From an uncultured Solirubrobacterales bacterium (GTDB lineage Bacteria > Actinomycetota > Thermoleophilia > Solirubrobacterales > 70-9): DNA of 64,000 nt. Each line of letters begins with the position of its first letter. Position 1 is the first letter of the stretch. Of the stretch, positions 17,619 through 27,540 are shown in pieces. The notes under the pieces were generated by a model. That model was not told the origin of the DNA. It ran no database searches and was given only the letters and a program-made list of their open reading frames with translations. The position numbers were made by a program, and so were the translations under genes. The stretch covers positions 126,858 to 190,857 of the forward strand of contig CAVUCS010000002.1 of the NCBI GenBank assembly GCA_963740065.1, written 5' to 3'.

Positions 17619-20168
17619 GTGACCGGCCTCGCGGTCAAGAGCCTCTGGGCGCGCAAGTTCCGCGCCTTCACCACGACCCTGGCGGTCGTGATCGGCGTCG
17701 CCTTCGTCGCCGGCACCTACATCCTCACCGACACCACCTTCGCCGCCTTCGACGAGATCTTCAGCGACTCGCTGAAAGGGACGAGCGTCGTCGTCACGGC
17801 CAGAGATGCGGTGGAGCAGGATACGGGTGAGATTCCAAGTTTCAGCGCCGCCCTGTTGCCGAAGGTAAGAAGAACCCCGGGGGTGAGACTCGCCGCCGGC
17901 GCGATCTTCACTCCGGGCGGGTTCTTTGACGCCAGAGGCGATGCGATCGGCTCGAGATTTTCACCGAAGTTCATCTCTTCGACCATGCCCGGCGAATTGG
18001 AGTCGCTCACATATGTAGAGGGGAGATCGCCACGCTCACCCGACGAGGCCTCGTTGGACCAGTCGGCGGCGGATGAAGCCGGGATCGGGGTCGGTGACAC
18101 GATCAGACTCGCCTCGGTCAGCCGCGTCAAGAGCTATCGCCTGGTCGGCCTAACCAAGCTCGGCGACACTTCCTTTGGCGGCGCCAGCATCGCCCAGGTG
18201 ACCCTGGGGGAGGCGCAGCGGATCACCGGCAAGCGCGGGCGCTTCGACCAGATCTCGGTTGCGGCCCAGTCGGGCGTTTCGGCGGCGACGCTCAAAGAGC
18301 GGATCCAGCGCGTCGTTCCCCCCTCCGTCCGAGTCGAAACCGCAGAGGAGAACGCCAACCGCTCCTCTGACCAGATCCGCGACAACCTCGGCTTCCTCCG
18401 CATCGCCCTGCTGGTCTTTGCCTTCGTGGCCCTTTTCGTCGGCGCCTTCTTGATCTTCAATACCTTCTCGATCACCGTCGCCCAGCGGATCACCGAGTTC
18501 GGGATGCTGCGCACGCTCGGCGCCGGGCGCGGGCAGATCCTCACCACGGTCGTGGTCGAGGCGCTGGCGATTGGCCTGCTTGGCGCCGTGCTCGGACTCG
18601 CCGCCGGCTTCGGCATCGCCAAGGGGCTGAACGCTCTCTTCGTAGCGATCGGCATCGACCTGCCGACGACGGCGCTGGTGCTGAAGGACCGAACCATCGT
18701 CGCCGCCTTCACGATTGGCATTCTCGTCACTCTCGTCTCCTCGTTCGTGCCGGCGCTGCGCGCCACCCGGGTGCCGCCGATCGCGGCGCTGCAAGCGCTG
18801 GAGATTCCGGTCAGTCGCCGCCGCCGGGCCGTCTACGCGGGGCTGGCGGTCCTGCTCGGTGTCGCCGGCATGGCGATGGTCCTGATCGGACTCTTCGGTG
18901 GCGCCGGCGGAGGCGAGGCGGCGGGGTTGATGGGTGCCGGCGCGGTCGCGGTCGTCCTCGGCGTCTCCCTCTTCAGTCCGCGGCTGGTGCGGCCGCTCGC
19001 CTCAATCGCCGGCTGGCCGCTGCAGCGCATGCGCAAGCTGACCGGGCGCCTCGCTCGCGAGAACACCCAGCGCAATCCCGCTCGCACGGCGGTTACCGCG
19101 GCGGCGCTGATGATCGGCCTCGCCGTGGTCGCCTTTGTCACCGTTTTCGCCGCCGGAATCAAGGGCTCGATCGCCAGCGCGATCGACGACAGCTTCCAGG
19201 GGGAGTTGGTGATCCAGAACAGCGACGGCTTCTCGCCGATCTCCCCTGGCGCCGCGGCGACGGCTCGTCATATTCCCGGGGTGGAGACGGTCTCCACCCT
19301 GCGCGCCACCCAGGCGAAGGTGGAGGGCGCTTCGGGCAAGCCGCGGATTTCGGCACTTGGCCGCGACGCCGGCAGAGTGCTGACCATCGACTGGACGGAG
19401 GGAAGCCCGGCGACGCTGCGTCGCCTCACCGACGGAGAGGTGATCCTCGACAAGTCCTTCGCCTCCTCCAACGGCTTCGAGCTGGGGGACCGGGTCCGTT
19501 TCCTCACCCAGATCGGCAAGCGCCCCACTCTCAGAGTGGTGGGCGAGTTCGAGGACAACGCCGACCTGCTCGGCAGCGCCCTCGTCACGCAGCGCTTGAT
19601 GGCGACCGAATTCGACCAGACCGATGATGTCTTCGATTTCGTCAAGCTGGCGCCGGGAGCGGACGCGAACAGAGTGCAGGCGGCGATCACAGCGGCAATG
19701 GATCGCGCTTTCCCGACCGCGGACGTTCTCAACCAAGCGGAGCTGAAGCAGAATCAGGAAGACCAGGTCAACCAGCTGTTGGGGTTGATCTACGCCCTGC
19801 TCGGGTTGGCCGTGATCGTCTCCCTGTTCGGAATCGCCAACACGCTGGCGCTCTCTATCCATGAGCGCACTCGGGAGCTGGGGATGCTGCGCGCGATTGG
19901 AATGTCCCGCCGCCAGGTGCGGACGATGATTCGCTACGAGGCGGTGATCACGGCCCTGATCGGCGCGATCCTCGGCATGGTGCTCGGCGTGATCTTCGCG
20001 GCGTTGATCGCCCAGCCGCTGAAGGACGAGGGCTTCACCCTCTCCTACCCGATCGGGACGCTGATCGGCCTGCTCGTCTTCGCCGCGATAGCCGGCGTGA
20101 TCGCGGCAATTGCCCCGGCTCGTCGCGCCTCGCGCCTAGATGTCCTGGAGGCGCTGCAGTACGAGTAA
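17619..20168 (+). CDS. ABC transporter permease with two FtsX/MacB-type domains
   Basis: 849 aa with two repeats, each a large extracytoplasmic domain followed by FtsX-like TM bundles. Adjacent to the ATPase. Confidence 0.85.
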   Translation: MTGLAVKSLWARKFRAFTTTLAVVIGVAFVAGTYILTDTTFAAFDEIFSDSLKGTSVVVTARDAVEQDTGEIPSFSAALLPKVRRTPGVRLAAGAIFTPGGFFDARGDAIGSRFSPKFISSTMPGELESLTYVEGRSPRSPDEASLDQSAADEAGIGVGDTIRLASVSRVKSYRLVGLTKLGDTSFGGASIAQVTLGEAQRITGKRGRFDQISVAAQSGVSAATLKERIQRVVPPSVRVETAEENANRSSDQIRDNLGFLRIALLVFAFVALFVGAFLIFNTFSITVAQRITEFGMLRTLGAGRGQILTTVVVEALAIGLLGAVLGLAAGFGIAKGLNALFVAIGIDLPTTALVLKDRTIVAAFTIGILVTLVSSFVPALRATRVPPIAALQALEIPVSRRRRAVYAGLAVLLGVAGMAMVLIGLFGGAGGGEAAGLMGAGAVAVVLGVSLFSPRLVRPLASIAGWPLQRMRKLTGRLARENTQRNPARTAVTAAALMIGLAVVAFVTVFAAGIKGSIASAIDDSFQGELVIQNSDGFSPISPGAAATARHIPGVETVSTLRATQAKVEGASGKPRISALGRDAGRVLTIDWTEGSPATLRRLTDGEVILDKSFASSNGFELGDRVRFLTQIGKRPTLRVVGEFEDNADLLGSALVTQRLMATEFDQTDDVFDFVKLAPGADANRVQAAITAAMDRAFPTADVLNQAELKQNQEDQVNQLLGLIYALLGLAVIVSLFGIANTLALSIHERTRELGMLRAIGMSRRQVRTMIRYEAVITALIGAILGMVLGVIFAALIAQPLKDEGFTLSYPIGTLIGLLVFAAIAGVIAAIAPARRASRLDVLEALQYE

Positions 20169-20175
20169 CTCCGCC

Positions 20176-20218
20176 CCGCTGCGACTTATCCCTGTATGTC
20201 AGAGATAAGTCGCAGCGG
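20176..20218. repeat. family A hairpin repeat, copy A2
   Basis: CCGCTGCGACTTATC / GATAAGTCGCAGCGG with inner CTG/CAG and a TATGT loop. It lies between the convergent ABC permease and esterase genes. Confidence 0.85.
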
Positions 20219-20222
20219 AACG

Positions 20223-21284
20223 TTAGGCCAGGCCCATGCGCAGGGCGCCCGCGGCCTCTGACATAGCCGCCCGGGCTGAGCGGCTGACCGCCGTCATGTT
20301 GGCGAAGCCGTGGATCAGGCCCGAGTGGCGCCGTAGCGCGACGTGTGTGCCCGCCTCCCGCATCCGCTTCGCGTAAGCCTCGCCTTCGTCGCGCAGGGGG
20401 TCGAAGCCGGCCGTGGCGACGTAGGCGGGGGCGAGGCCGGAGAGGTTTTCGGCCCGCAGCACCGAGACTCGTGGGTCCGATCCGTCCTCCTCATTGGGCA
20501 GGTAGTTGTGGTCGAACCAGTCCATGTCGCCCGCCGTAAGCAGGAACCCATTGGCGAACAGCCGCCGTGAGTCTCCACCCGTGAAGTCGGCCACGGGGTA
20601 GATCAAGAGCTGCATCGCCGGAGTCGTTCCGCCGTCGTCGCGGGCGAGCAGGCTGGTGACCGCCGCTAGGTTGCCGCCGGCGCTGTCGCCGCCGACGGCG
20701 ACGCGGTTTGGGTCGACTCCCAGGTCCCCGGCGTTCGCGGTTGCCCAGCGGAAGGCAGCCAAGGCGTCGTCCACGGCGGCGGGGAACGGGTGCTCCGGGG
20801 CCAGCCGGTAGTCGACGGAGAGGACTGGGAGCTCCGCGTTGGCGGCGAGGAAGCGGGCGGTGGAATCGTGGGTGTCGAGGTCGCCGATCACCCAGCCTCC
20901 GCCATGGAAGTAGACGAATAGCGGCGAGGGTCCCGCGGCGGAGTTGCTCGGCGTGTACAGCCGGGCGGGGATCGCCCCCGCCGGCCCCGGAATATCCAAG
21001 CGCTCGACTCGATCCATCGGCAGGGGAAGCCCGGCCACTGTTGCCGCTCCGCGCCGGTTTTCCGCCCGCGCCCTCTCTGGACTCCTGCGCCCCTCTCCGG
21101 TTACGGAAGCGTCGCCCGCCGCGGCCGACAATCGTAAGAAGGCATGGATGTCGCTTTCCAACACCTGCCCGTCGATTTCCGGGGGCGCCCCAAACAACAA
21201 TCGTTGGGCCCCGGCCGGCAACCCGCACGCGGCCCGCAGGATCCGATGCTCCGTGCGCACGGAGAGGCGAGGGAGGGCGGCCAC
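20223..21284 (-). CDS. alpha/beta hydrolase, hormone-sensitive-lipase-type esterase
   Basis: HGGGW oxyanion motif, GDSAGG nucleophile elbow and a C-terminal HGF. The exact start is uncertain. Confidence 0.8.
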   Translation of the reverse strand: MAALPRLSVRTEHRILRAACGLPAGAQRLLFGAPPEIDGQVLESDIHAFLRLSAAAGDASVTGEGRRSPERARAENRRGAATVAGLPLPMDRVERLDIPGPAGAIPARLYTPSNSAAGPSPLFVYFHGGGWVIGDLDTHDSTARFLAANAELPVLSVDYRLAPEHPFPAAVDDALAAFRWATANAGDLGVDPNRVAVGGDSAGGNLAAVTSLLARDDGGTTPAMQLLIYPVADFTGGDSRRLFANGFLLTAGDMDWFDHNYLPNEEDGSDPRVSVLRAENLSGLAPAYVATAGFDPLRDEGEAYAKRMREAGTHVALRRHSGLIHGFANMTAVSRSARAAMSEAAGALRMGLA

Positions 21285-21385
21285 GACGGGTGCAGGCTAT
21301 CCGCAAATCACGCGCTTGGGCTGGATCCGCCTACGGGAAACCTTCACACAACGGTGGTCGAGGCCACGGATACCCTGCATGAGGC

Positions 21386-22735
21386 ATGGAGGCGGCAACC
21401 ACCAGCGTCGGACCACGGCCGGTCGTTCGGCCGGCTCGCCGGCAGCTTCCACCCGGGCCACCCCTTCCGCGAGTTGCGCAGACGGCGATCTGGTCTCGCC
21501 AGGCACGGCGGATGCTTTACGCGTGCAACGACCGCTACGGCGACATGTTCACGCTGAAGATCGCCTACGAGGGCAAGTGGGTAATGCTCGCCGACCCCGA
21601 GGCCGTGAGACAGGTCTTCACCGGCGACCCGCGCGTCTTCCACGCGGGGGAGGGGAACCAAATCCTCGCGCCGGTCCTCGGCCGCAACTCGATTCTCGTC
21701 CTCGACGAGAAGCCCCACATGAGCCAGCGCAAACTGCTGTTGCCGCCCTTCCACGGCGCTCGCATGCAGGGCTACGAACGGACGATGAGTGAGATCGCCG
21801 CGGCCGAGATCGCGAGATGGCCAACCGGCGAGCCCTATGAGCTGCGCCCGCGGATGCAGGCGATGACTCTGGAGATCATTCTGCGAACGGTGTTCGGCGT
21901 GGGGGAGGAGGCGCGACTCGCTCCGCTGCGCGAGGCGCTGCGCGACTTCCTCGACTTGACGACCAACCCCAGAATGCTGTTTCCGCTGGTTTTGCTGGGC
22001 CCCAAGCGCATCCGCCGCTTTCCGGCCTTTCGACGCCGCATTGACCGCGTCGACGAACTGATCTATCGCGAGATATCTGAGCGACGTCAGGTCGGCGATC
22101 TCGAGGAGCGCGACGACATCCTTTCGATGCTGGTCGCCGCCCGGCACGAAGACGACAGTCCAATGAGCGATGAGGAGATGCGCGACGAGCTGCTGACGCT
22201 GCTCGTCGCCGGCCACGAGACCACCGCTACCTCCCTTTCCTGGGCGGTCGAGCGCCTCGCTCGCCATCCCGAAAAGCTCGAGCGGCTACGCGAGGAGGCG
22301 GTTGCCGGTGAGGACGACTCCTATCTGACCGCGACGATCCAGGAGACGCTGCGCCTGCGGCCGGTGATCTCGATCGTCATCCGCCGCCTCACCGAGCCGG
22401 TGGAGATCGGCGGTTACGAGCTGCCGGCCGGCGTCTCGGTTACGCCCTCGGTCTACCTCGTCCACCGCAACCCGGAGATCTATCCCGACCCGGAGAGCTT
22501 CAAGCCCGAACGTTTCCTCGACAACCCGCCGGGCACCTACAGCTGGATTCCGTTCGGCGGCGGCGTCCGCCGCTGCCTCGGCGCCTCCTTCGCCCAGTTC
22601 GAGATGGCTGTCGTCCTCAGGGAGCTGGTCAAGCGCCACGGCATCAGGCCGGCCGACCCAAAGCCCGAGCGCGTATTCCGCCGCGCGATCACCGAAACCC
22701 CACGCCACAACGCAAAGGTAATTCTCGGCAGCTGA
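21386..22735 (+). CDS. cytochrome P450
   Basis: LPPGPP near the N-terminus, AGHETT I-helix, ETLR and the FGGGVRRCLG haem-thiolate loop. Confidence 0.9.
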   Translation: MEAATTSVGPRPVVRPARRQLPPGPPLPRVAQTAIWSRQARRMLYACNDRYGDMFTLKIAYEGKWVMLADPEAVRQVFTGDPRVFHAGEGNQILAPVLGRNSILVLDEKPHMSQRKLLLPPFHGARMQGYERTMSEIAAAEIARWPTGEPYELRPRMQAMTLEIILRTVFGVGEEARLAPLREALRDFLDLTTNPRMLFPLVLLGPKRIRRFPAFRRRIDRVDELIYREISERRQVGDLEERDDILSMLVAARHEDDSPMSDEEMRDELLTLLVAGHETTATSLSWAVERLARHPEKLERLREEAVAGEDDSYLTATIQETLRLRPVISIVIRRLTEPVEIGGYELPAGVSVTPSVYLVHRNPEIYPDPESFKPERFLDNPPGTYSWIPFGGGVRRCLGASFAQFEMAVVLRELVKRHGIRPADPKPERVFRRAITETPRHNAKVILGS

Positions 22736-22753
22736 GGCGACGGCGGGGGAGAG

Positions 22754-23017
22754 TTGGATCGGCCGAGGTCTTGTCCTCGGATGCGACTAAAAGCGATGCT
22801 CTCGACTGTCCTGGTCCTCACGACGCTAGTCCTCGGTGTCGTGTCGACGAAATCCACTGCTGCGACGGCGATCTTTGGCGCCGCCAAGGCATTCCCCGGC
22901 TCGCTGCGCATGCATTGCGGCGAGCCTCAGTCCCTCCATTTGACCCGCTACGAAGACGGCTCCGCCCAGCTCAAGTGCGCCGGCCGCGTCCTGGTCCGAG
23001 TGTCCGTACCCGGCTGA
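22754..23017 (+). CDS. hypothetical small secreted protein
   Basis: The ORF has a signal-like hydrophobic segment and two Cys residues. No recognisable family, so it may not be real. Confidence 0.3.
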   Translation: MDRPRSCPRMRLKAMLSTVLVLTTLVLGVVSTKSTAATAIFGAAKAFPGSLRMHCGEPQSLHLTRYEDGSAQLKCAGRVLVRVSVPG

Positions 23018-23019
23018 GC

Positions 23020-25836
23020 TCAGCCGCAGCCGGTGTTGTTGCCGCACGACGAGCACGTGTAACAGGAGCCGGTGCGCTGCATCATGCCGCCGCACTGCTC
23101 GCAGGCGGGGCCGAGGTCTAGGCCGGACATTTTGGCCGGGACCACCGGCGGGGTGTCGGTGAAGGCCGCTGCGGCGGGGACGGCTTCGCCGCCTGTCTTC
23201 TTCGCCTTATCGGCACCGTTGCCGTGCCCATTGCCGCCGTTGGCCGGTCCGGCCGTGTCGGTGGCGATGCCGAGCCCCAGCTGGCTCGTCTCCGCGTCCT
23301 TTTTCGCCCGCACCTCTTGGGTGAGGATGCCGAGTTCTTCCAGCTCGTCGATGTCGTCGATGAAGCGGCTGGCCAGCCAGCGCATGATGTAGTCGGGCAT
23401 CGATTTGGCGAACGGGATCTCCGGGTTGCCGGTAATCCCCTCCGGCTCGAAGCGCATGTAGCTGAACTTGCGCACGAAGACATCGAGCGGGACGCCGTAC
23501 TGGAGGCCGATCGAGATCGCCGTCGCGAAGGCGTTGAGCAGCCCGCGCATAGTCGACCCTTCCTTGCCGATGTCGGTGAGGAAGATCTCCCCGACCGTGC
23601 CGTCCTCGTACTTGCCGGCGGTGATGTAGCCCTCGTGCCCGGCGATCGAGAACTTATGGGTGATCGACTCGCGCTCGCGCGGCATCCGCTTGCGCTCCGG
23701 GGGCGCCGCGACGACCTCCGCCTCGGCCCCCTTCTCCTCCTGGGCGTCGGTGCGCAGCGCCTGCGCCGTCTTCGAGCCGTCGCGGTAGATCGCAAGCGCC
23801 TTCAGACCACCCTTCCATCCGCGCGTGTAGGCGTCGGCGATGTCCTCGATGGTCGCCGTCTGCGGCAGGTTGACCGTCTTGGAAATCGCGCCGCTGATGA
23901 ACGGCTGGGTCGCGGCCATCATGTCGATGTGGCCGGTGTGGGAGATCGCCCGCTCACCGACCGCGACGTCGAAGATCGGCAGGTGCTCGTCCTTGAGGCC
24001 GGGGGCGCCGATGATCGTCGCGTTCTCGGTGATGTGGGCGTCGATCTGCTCGACCTGGGGTTCGGCGTATCCGAGCGTGCGCAGCGCCAGCGGCACCGAT
24101 CTGTTGACGATCGTCATCTGGCCGCCGCCGACCAGCTCCTTGAACTTGACCAGGGAGAAATCGGGCTCGATCCCAGTCGTATCGCAGTCCATCAGGAAGC
24201 TGATCGTCCCGGTCGGCGCCAGCACCGTCGCCTGCGCGTTGCGGTAGCCATGCTCTTCGCCGAGCTCGACCGCCTCATCCCAGGAGCGCTGCGCCGCTTC
24301 CAGCAGCTCGCCCTTGATTCCGGTCGGGTCGATGTCATAGGAGGCGTCGCGATGCATCCGCATCACCCCGTTGTGAGGCTCGCGGTTCTTTTCGTATTCG
24401 TCGTAAGGCCCGGTTGCGCCGGCGGCGATAAGCGCTGACTGGCGGTATGCCCGCCCGGTCATCAGCGCCGTGATCGCGGCGGCGACGTTGCGGCCCTCAT
24501 CGGAGTCGTAGGGGAGACCGTCGGACATCAGCAGCGCGCCGAGGTTGGCGTAGCCGAGCCCGAGCTGGCGGAAAGAGTTGGCGTTGGCGGCAATCTCCTC
24601 GGTCGGGTAGCTGGAGTTGCCGACGACTATCTCCTGGGCGAGGAAGACGACATCGACCGCGTGCTCGAAATCCTCGGTGTCGAAGGAGCCGTCCTTGCGG
24701 CGGAACCTCATCAGGTTGAGCGAGGCCAGGTTGCAGGCCGAGTCATCGACGTGCATGTACTCGCTGCAGGGATTCGAGGCATTGATCCGACCCGACTCCG
24801 GGCAGGTGTGCCAGCGGTTGATGATCGTGTCGTACTGGACGCCGGGATCGGCGCAGCGCCAGGCGGCGTCGGCGATCTGATTCATCAGGTCGCGGGCCGG
24901 CAGCGTCTTCACCGCCTCGCCGGTGGTGCGGGCGGTCAGGCCCCAGTCCTCGCCGGCCTCGACCGCCTCCATGAAGTCATCGGTCACTCGCACCGAGTTG
25001 TTGGCGTTTTGGTACTGGATCGAGGTAAAGCCCTCACCGTCGATCGACATGTCGAAGCCGGCGTCGCGCAGGGCCTCCGCCTTCTTCTCCTCATCGGCCT
25101 TGCACCAGATGAAGTGTTCGATGTCCGGATGGTCGACATCGAGGACGACCATCTTCGCCGCGCGCCGGGTCTTGCCGCCGGACTTGATCGTCCCGGCCCA
25201 GGAGTCGGCGCCGCGCATGAAGCTGACCGGTCCGCTCGCCGTCCCGCCCTTCTTCAGGGGCTCCATCGAGCCGCGGATGTTGGAGAGGTTGATCCCCGAG
25301 CCGGAGCCGCCGCGGAAGATCTTTCCCTCCTTGGTGTTCCAGCCGAGAATCGACTCCATGTTGTCCTCGACGCTGAGGATGAAGCAGGCGGAGCACTGCG
25401 GCCGCTCTTCGAAGCCGACGTTGAACCAGACCGGCGAGTTGAAAGCCGCCTTCTGGTTGAGCAGGATCGAAGTCAGCTCCGCCTCGAAGGCGTCGGCGTC
25501 TTCCTCGGAGGCGAAGTAGCCCCCCTCGCGTCCCCAGTTGGAGATCGTCCCCGCGACCCGTCCGATCATCTGTCTCACCGAGGACTCGCGCTCGGCGCTG
25601 CCGAGCTGTCCGCGGAAGTACTTCTGGGCGACGATGTTGGTTGCGTTTTGCGACCAGGACTTGGGGAACTCGACCCCGCGCTGCTCGAAGGCCGGGCTCT
25701 CCGGATTGCCGATCACCGCATCGCGGATCTCCCACTCGATTTCGTCGAAGGGGTGTATCCCCGGAGAGGAAAAGCGGCGTTCGATGGCGAGGCCCTTAAG
25801 ACCGTTTTTCGGAGCGCTGGTGGCGGTCTGGGACAT
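23020..25836 (-). CDS. nrdJ: adenosylcobalamin-dependent (class II) ribonucleoside-diphosphate reductase
   Basis: Long RNR catalytic core (NPCSEY, AISKTVN-type segments) with the Cys-rich C-terminal tail CEQCGG...CYTCSSCGNNTGCG. Start taken at ATG 25836 (MSQTATSAPK), preceded by GAGGAG. Confidence 0.9.
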   Translation of the reverse strand: MSQTATSAPKNGLKGLAIERRFSSPGIHPFDEIEWEIRDAVIGNPESPAFEQRGVEFPKSWSQNATNIVAQKYFRGQLGSAERESSVRQMIGRVAGTISNWGREGGYFASEEDADAFEAELTSILLNQKAAFNSPVWFNVGFEERPQCSACFILSVEDNMESILGWNTKEGKIFRGGSGSGINLSNIRGSMEPLKKGGTASGPVSFMRGADSWAGTIKSGGKTRRAAKMVVLDVDHPDIEHFIWCKADEEKKAEALRDAGFDMSIDGEGFTSIQYQNANNSVRVTDDFMEAVEAGEDWGLTARTTGEAVKTLPARDLMNQIADAAWRCADPGVQYDTIINRWHTCPESGRINASNPCSEYMHVDDSACNLASLNLMRFRRKDGSFDTEDFEHAVDVVFLAQEIVVGNSSYPTEEIAANANSFRQLGLGYANLGALLMSDGLPYDSDEGRNVAAAITALMTGRAYRQSALIAAGATGPYDEYEKNREPHNGVMRMHRDASYDIDPTGIKGELLEAAQRSWDEAVELGEEHGYRNAQATVLAPTGTISFLMDCDTTGIEPDFSLVKFKELVGGGQMTIVNRSVPLALRTLGYAEPQVEQIDAHITENATIIGAPGLKDEHLPIFDVAVGERAISHTGHIDMMAATQPFISGAISKTVNLPQTATIEDIADAYTRGWKGGLKALAIYRDGSKTAQALRTDAQEEKGAEAEVVAAPPERKRMPRERESITHKFSIAGHEGYITAGKYEDGTVGEIFLTDIGKEGSTMRGLLNAFATAISIGLQYGVPLDVFVRKFSYMRFEPEGITGNPEIPFAKSMPDYIMRWLASRFIDDIDELEELGILTQEVRAKKDAETSQLGLGIATDTAGPANGGNGHGNGADKAKKTGGEAVPAAAAFTDTPPVVPAKMSGLDLGPACEQCGGMMQRTGSCYTCSSCGNNTGCG

Positions 25837-25966
25837 CAAACTTCTCCTCTCGAAGGCTTTAAAGGGGGAGCTGTTCAGGATCGTCAACCAGTCGGACAGA
25901 CTTTGCGATGGCAGTTTCCGCAAACGCCGCGAATTTCTCGCCCTCATCCCCTATGGTGACAAGACG

Positions 25967-26671
25967 ATGATGCGGGCGAGGGCCGCCGCAAAGGCGGAAT
26001 CTGCAAAAGAAGTTGCAGGCGATGCGATCGCCGCGGTCAAGCCGAAGCTGCGCGGCGTCTCCCATGAGTGGGCCTTCTTCGTCTCACTCTTCCTTGGCGG
26101 CGGGCTGATTGTCGCTGCCGACAGCCCAACGGCGACCGTCGCGGTCGCCATCTACGCCGCCAGCCTCTCCGCCCTGCTCGGCACCAGCGCCCTCTACCAC
26201 CGGGTCAACTGGAGACGCCCCAGCGTGCGCCTTTGGATGCGCCGCCTCGATCACTCGATGATCTTTTTCCTGATCGCCGGGACCTATACGCCTTTCGCTC
26301 TACTCGTCTTGAACGGCCCGCTCGCCGACGCCGTCCTCGCGGTCGTCTGGATCGGCGCGATCGCCGGCGCGATCGTCGAGATGGTTTGGATAGAGCACCC
26401 GAAATGGGTTGCGGCGCTCATATATGTGTCTTTGGGATGGGTGGCGATCATCGCCTTCCCCGGACTGTGGGATGAGATGGGGATGACGGGAACCATGCTG
26501 GTCGCCGCCGGAGGCCTTCTCTACACCGCCGGCGCGATCGTCTACGCGACCCAGCGCCCCAATCCCTTCCCGCGCGTCTTCGGCTATCACGAGGTATTCC
26601 ACGCCCTCGTCATCCTCGCCGCCGCCGCCCAGTTCGCCGCCATCGCCTTCTACGCCCTCCCCGCTGAATAG
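25967..26671 (+). CDS. hemolysin III / PAQR-family membrane protein
   Basis: 7-TM protein with YHR..W....R.LDHS and HxxxH-type (HEVFHALV) motifs. Start at ATG 25967; the upstream part of the track ORF is antisense to nrdJ. Confidence 0.8.
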   Translation: MMRARAAAKAESAKEVAGDAIAAVKPKLRGVSHEWAFFVSLFLGGGLIVAADSPTATVAVAIYAASLSALLGTSALYHRVNWRRPSVRLWMRRLDHSMIFFLIAGTYTPFALLVLNGPLADAVLAVVWIGAIAGAIVEMVWIEHPKWVAALIYVSLGWVAIIAFPGLWDEMGMTGTMLVAAGGLLYTAGAIVYATQRPNPFPRVFGYHEVFHALVILAAAAQFAAIAFYALPAE

Positions 26672-26786
26672 AGCCCCATCCCGGTAGGGGTGGAGCGTCT
26701 TGTGCTTTTTCGGCGCAGCGGCTCGCGGTAAGCCGGAAACGCTCCTCGAAAAAGTTAAGCGGAACCCCTACCGGGATGGGGCTCTA
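26669..26786 (+). repeat. family B structured intergenic element, copy 2 of 3
   Basis: TAGAGCCCC-ATCCCGGTAGGGGTGGAGCGTCTTGTGCTTTTTCG...CGAAAAAGTTAAGCGGAACCCCTACCGGGAT-GGGGCTCTA. It fills the whole gap between two convergent genes. Confidence 0.85.
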
Positions 26787-27530
26787 CGCCAACGCGGCAG
26801 CGGCGCGCTCTTTGGCCGCTTCGATCAACGCCAGGACCTGTGTCTCCTTGCCCTCGCGCAGGAGGACGACCGGGTCGGGGTCGCCGTTGACGATCCCCTC
26901 GAAGAACTCCTTGCGGTCCTGGTAGGTCGGCAGTGTCCCCTTCGCCCAGCCGCGGGCATCGTTGAGGACGATCGCCAGGCGCGCGTACTCCTCGCCGAAC
27001 AGCTCGGAAACCTCGCGCTTCATCCGCTTTGCCAGGGCGGGGGAGGCGCCGGCGGTCGAGATCGCGATCGCCAGCGGCCCGGTGCGGACGATCGCCGGCA
27101 GGATGAAGTTGCATAGCGGCGGCACGTCGACGACGTTGACCAGCATCGCCCGCTTCTCGGCGTCGTCGTAGACGCCGATGTTGACCTCGCTGTCGTCGGT
27201 CGCGGCGATTGCCATGAAGATGCCCTCGAGGTCGGGCGCTCCGGCATAGGGGCGCTTCTCCCACTCGATCGATCCCTCCTTGGCAAGGTCCTCCAGCTCT
27301 GGGTGGGCGACCGGCGCGATCAGCGTCACGTCGGCGTCGCAGGCGAGCAGTCCCTCGACCTTCTCCAGGCCGATGTCGCCGCCGCCGATCACGACGCAGC
27401 GCCGCCCTCTCAGCTTCAGGCAGGCGATGTAGAAGGGGGTCTCCAACATGTCCCGCACGCAGGACTGGTCGCAGATCCCTTTGCGGAGCTGACAGACGCA
27501 CTCCTTGCCGGCATAGGCCTGGGCTGGCAC
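26784..27530 (-). CDS. precorrin-2 dehydrogenase / sirohydrochlorin ferrochelatase (siroheme synthase N-terminal type)
   Basis: Rossmann motif [16 protein letters not shown] and CysG-N/Met8-like length. The start may be the internal Met (MLETPFY). Confidence 0.72.
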   Translation of the reverse strand: MPAQAYAGKECVCQLRKGICDQSCVRDMLETPFYIACLKLRGRRCVVIGGGDIGLEKVEGLLACDADVTLIAPVAHPELEDLAKEGSIEWEKRPYAGAPDLEGIFMAIAATDDSEVNIGVYDDAEKRAMLVNVVDVPPLCNFILPAIVRTGPLAIAISTAGASPALAKRMKREVSELFGEEYARLAIVLNDARGWAKGTLPTYQDRKEFFEGIVNGDPDPVVLLREGKETQVLALIEAAKERAAAALA

Positions 27531-27540
27531 GGTCAGAAGG

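Noticed and set aside
20204-20229. An integron attC-like reading: GTTAGGC follows A2, GTTAGGA follows A3, and GTTAAGC occurs within family B, resembling the GTTRRRY core site.
   Set aside because: In A2 and A3 the TTA is simply the TAA stop codon of the convergent minus-strand gene. There is no matching RYYYAAC inverse core, no intI, and the flanking genes are housekeeping genes in mixed orientation rather than a cassette array.
25837-25966. Looked for a cobalamin riboswitch or NrdR boxes in the nrdJ 5' region.
   Set aside because: The 130-nt leader shows no B12-box-like element and no AT-rich 16-bp NrdR-type palindromes on reading. Only a GAGGAG SD is evident.
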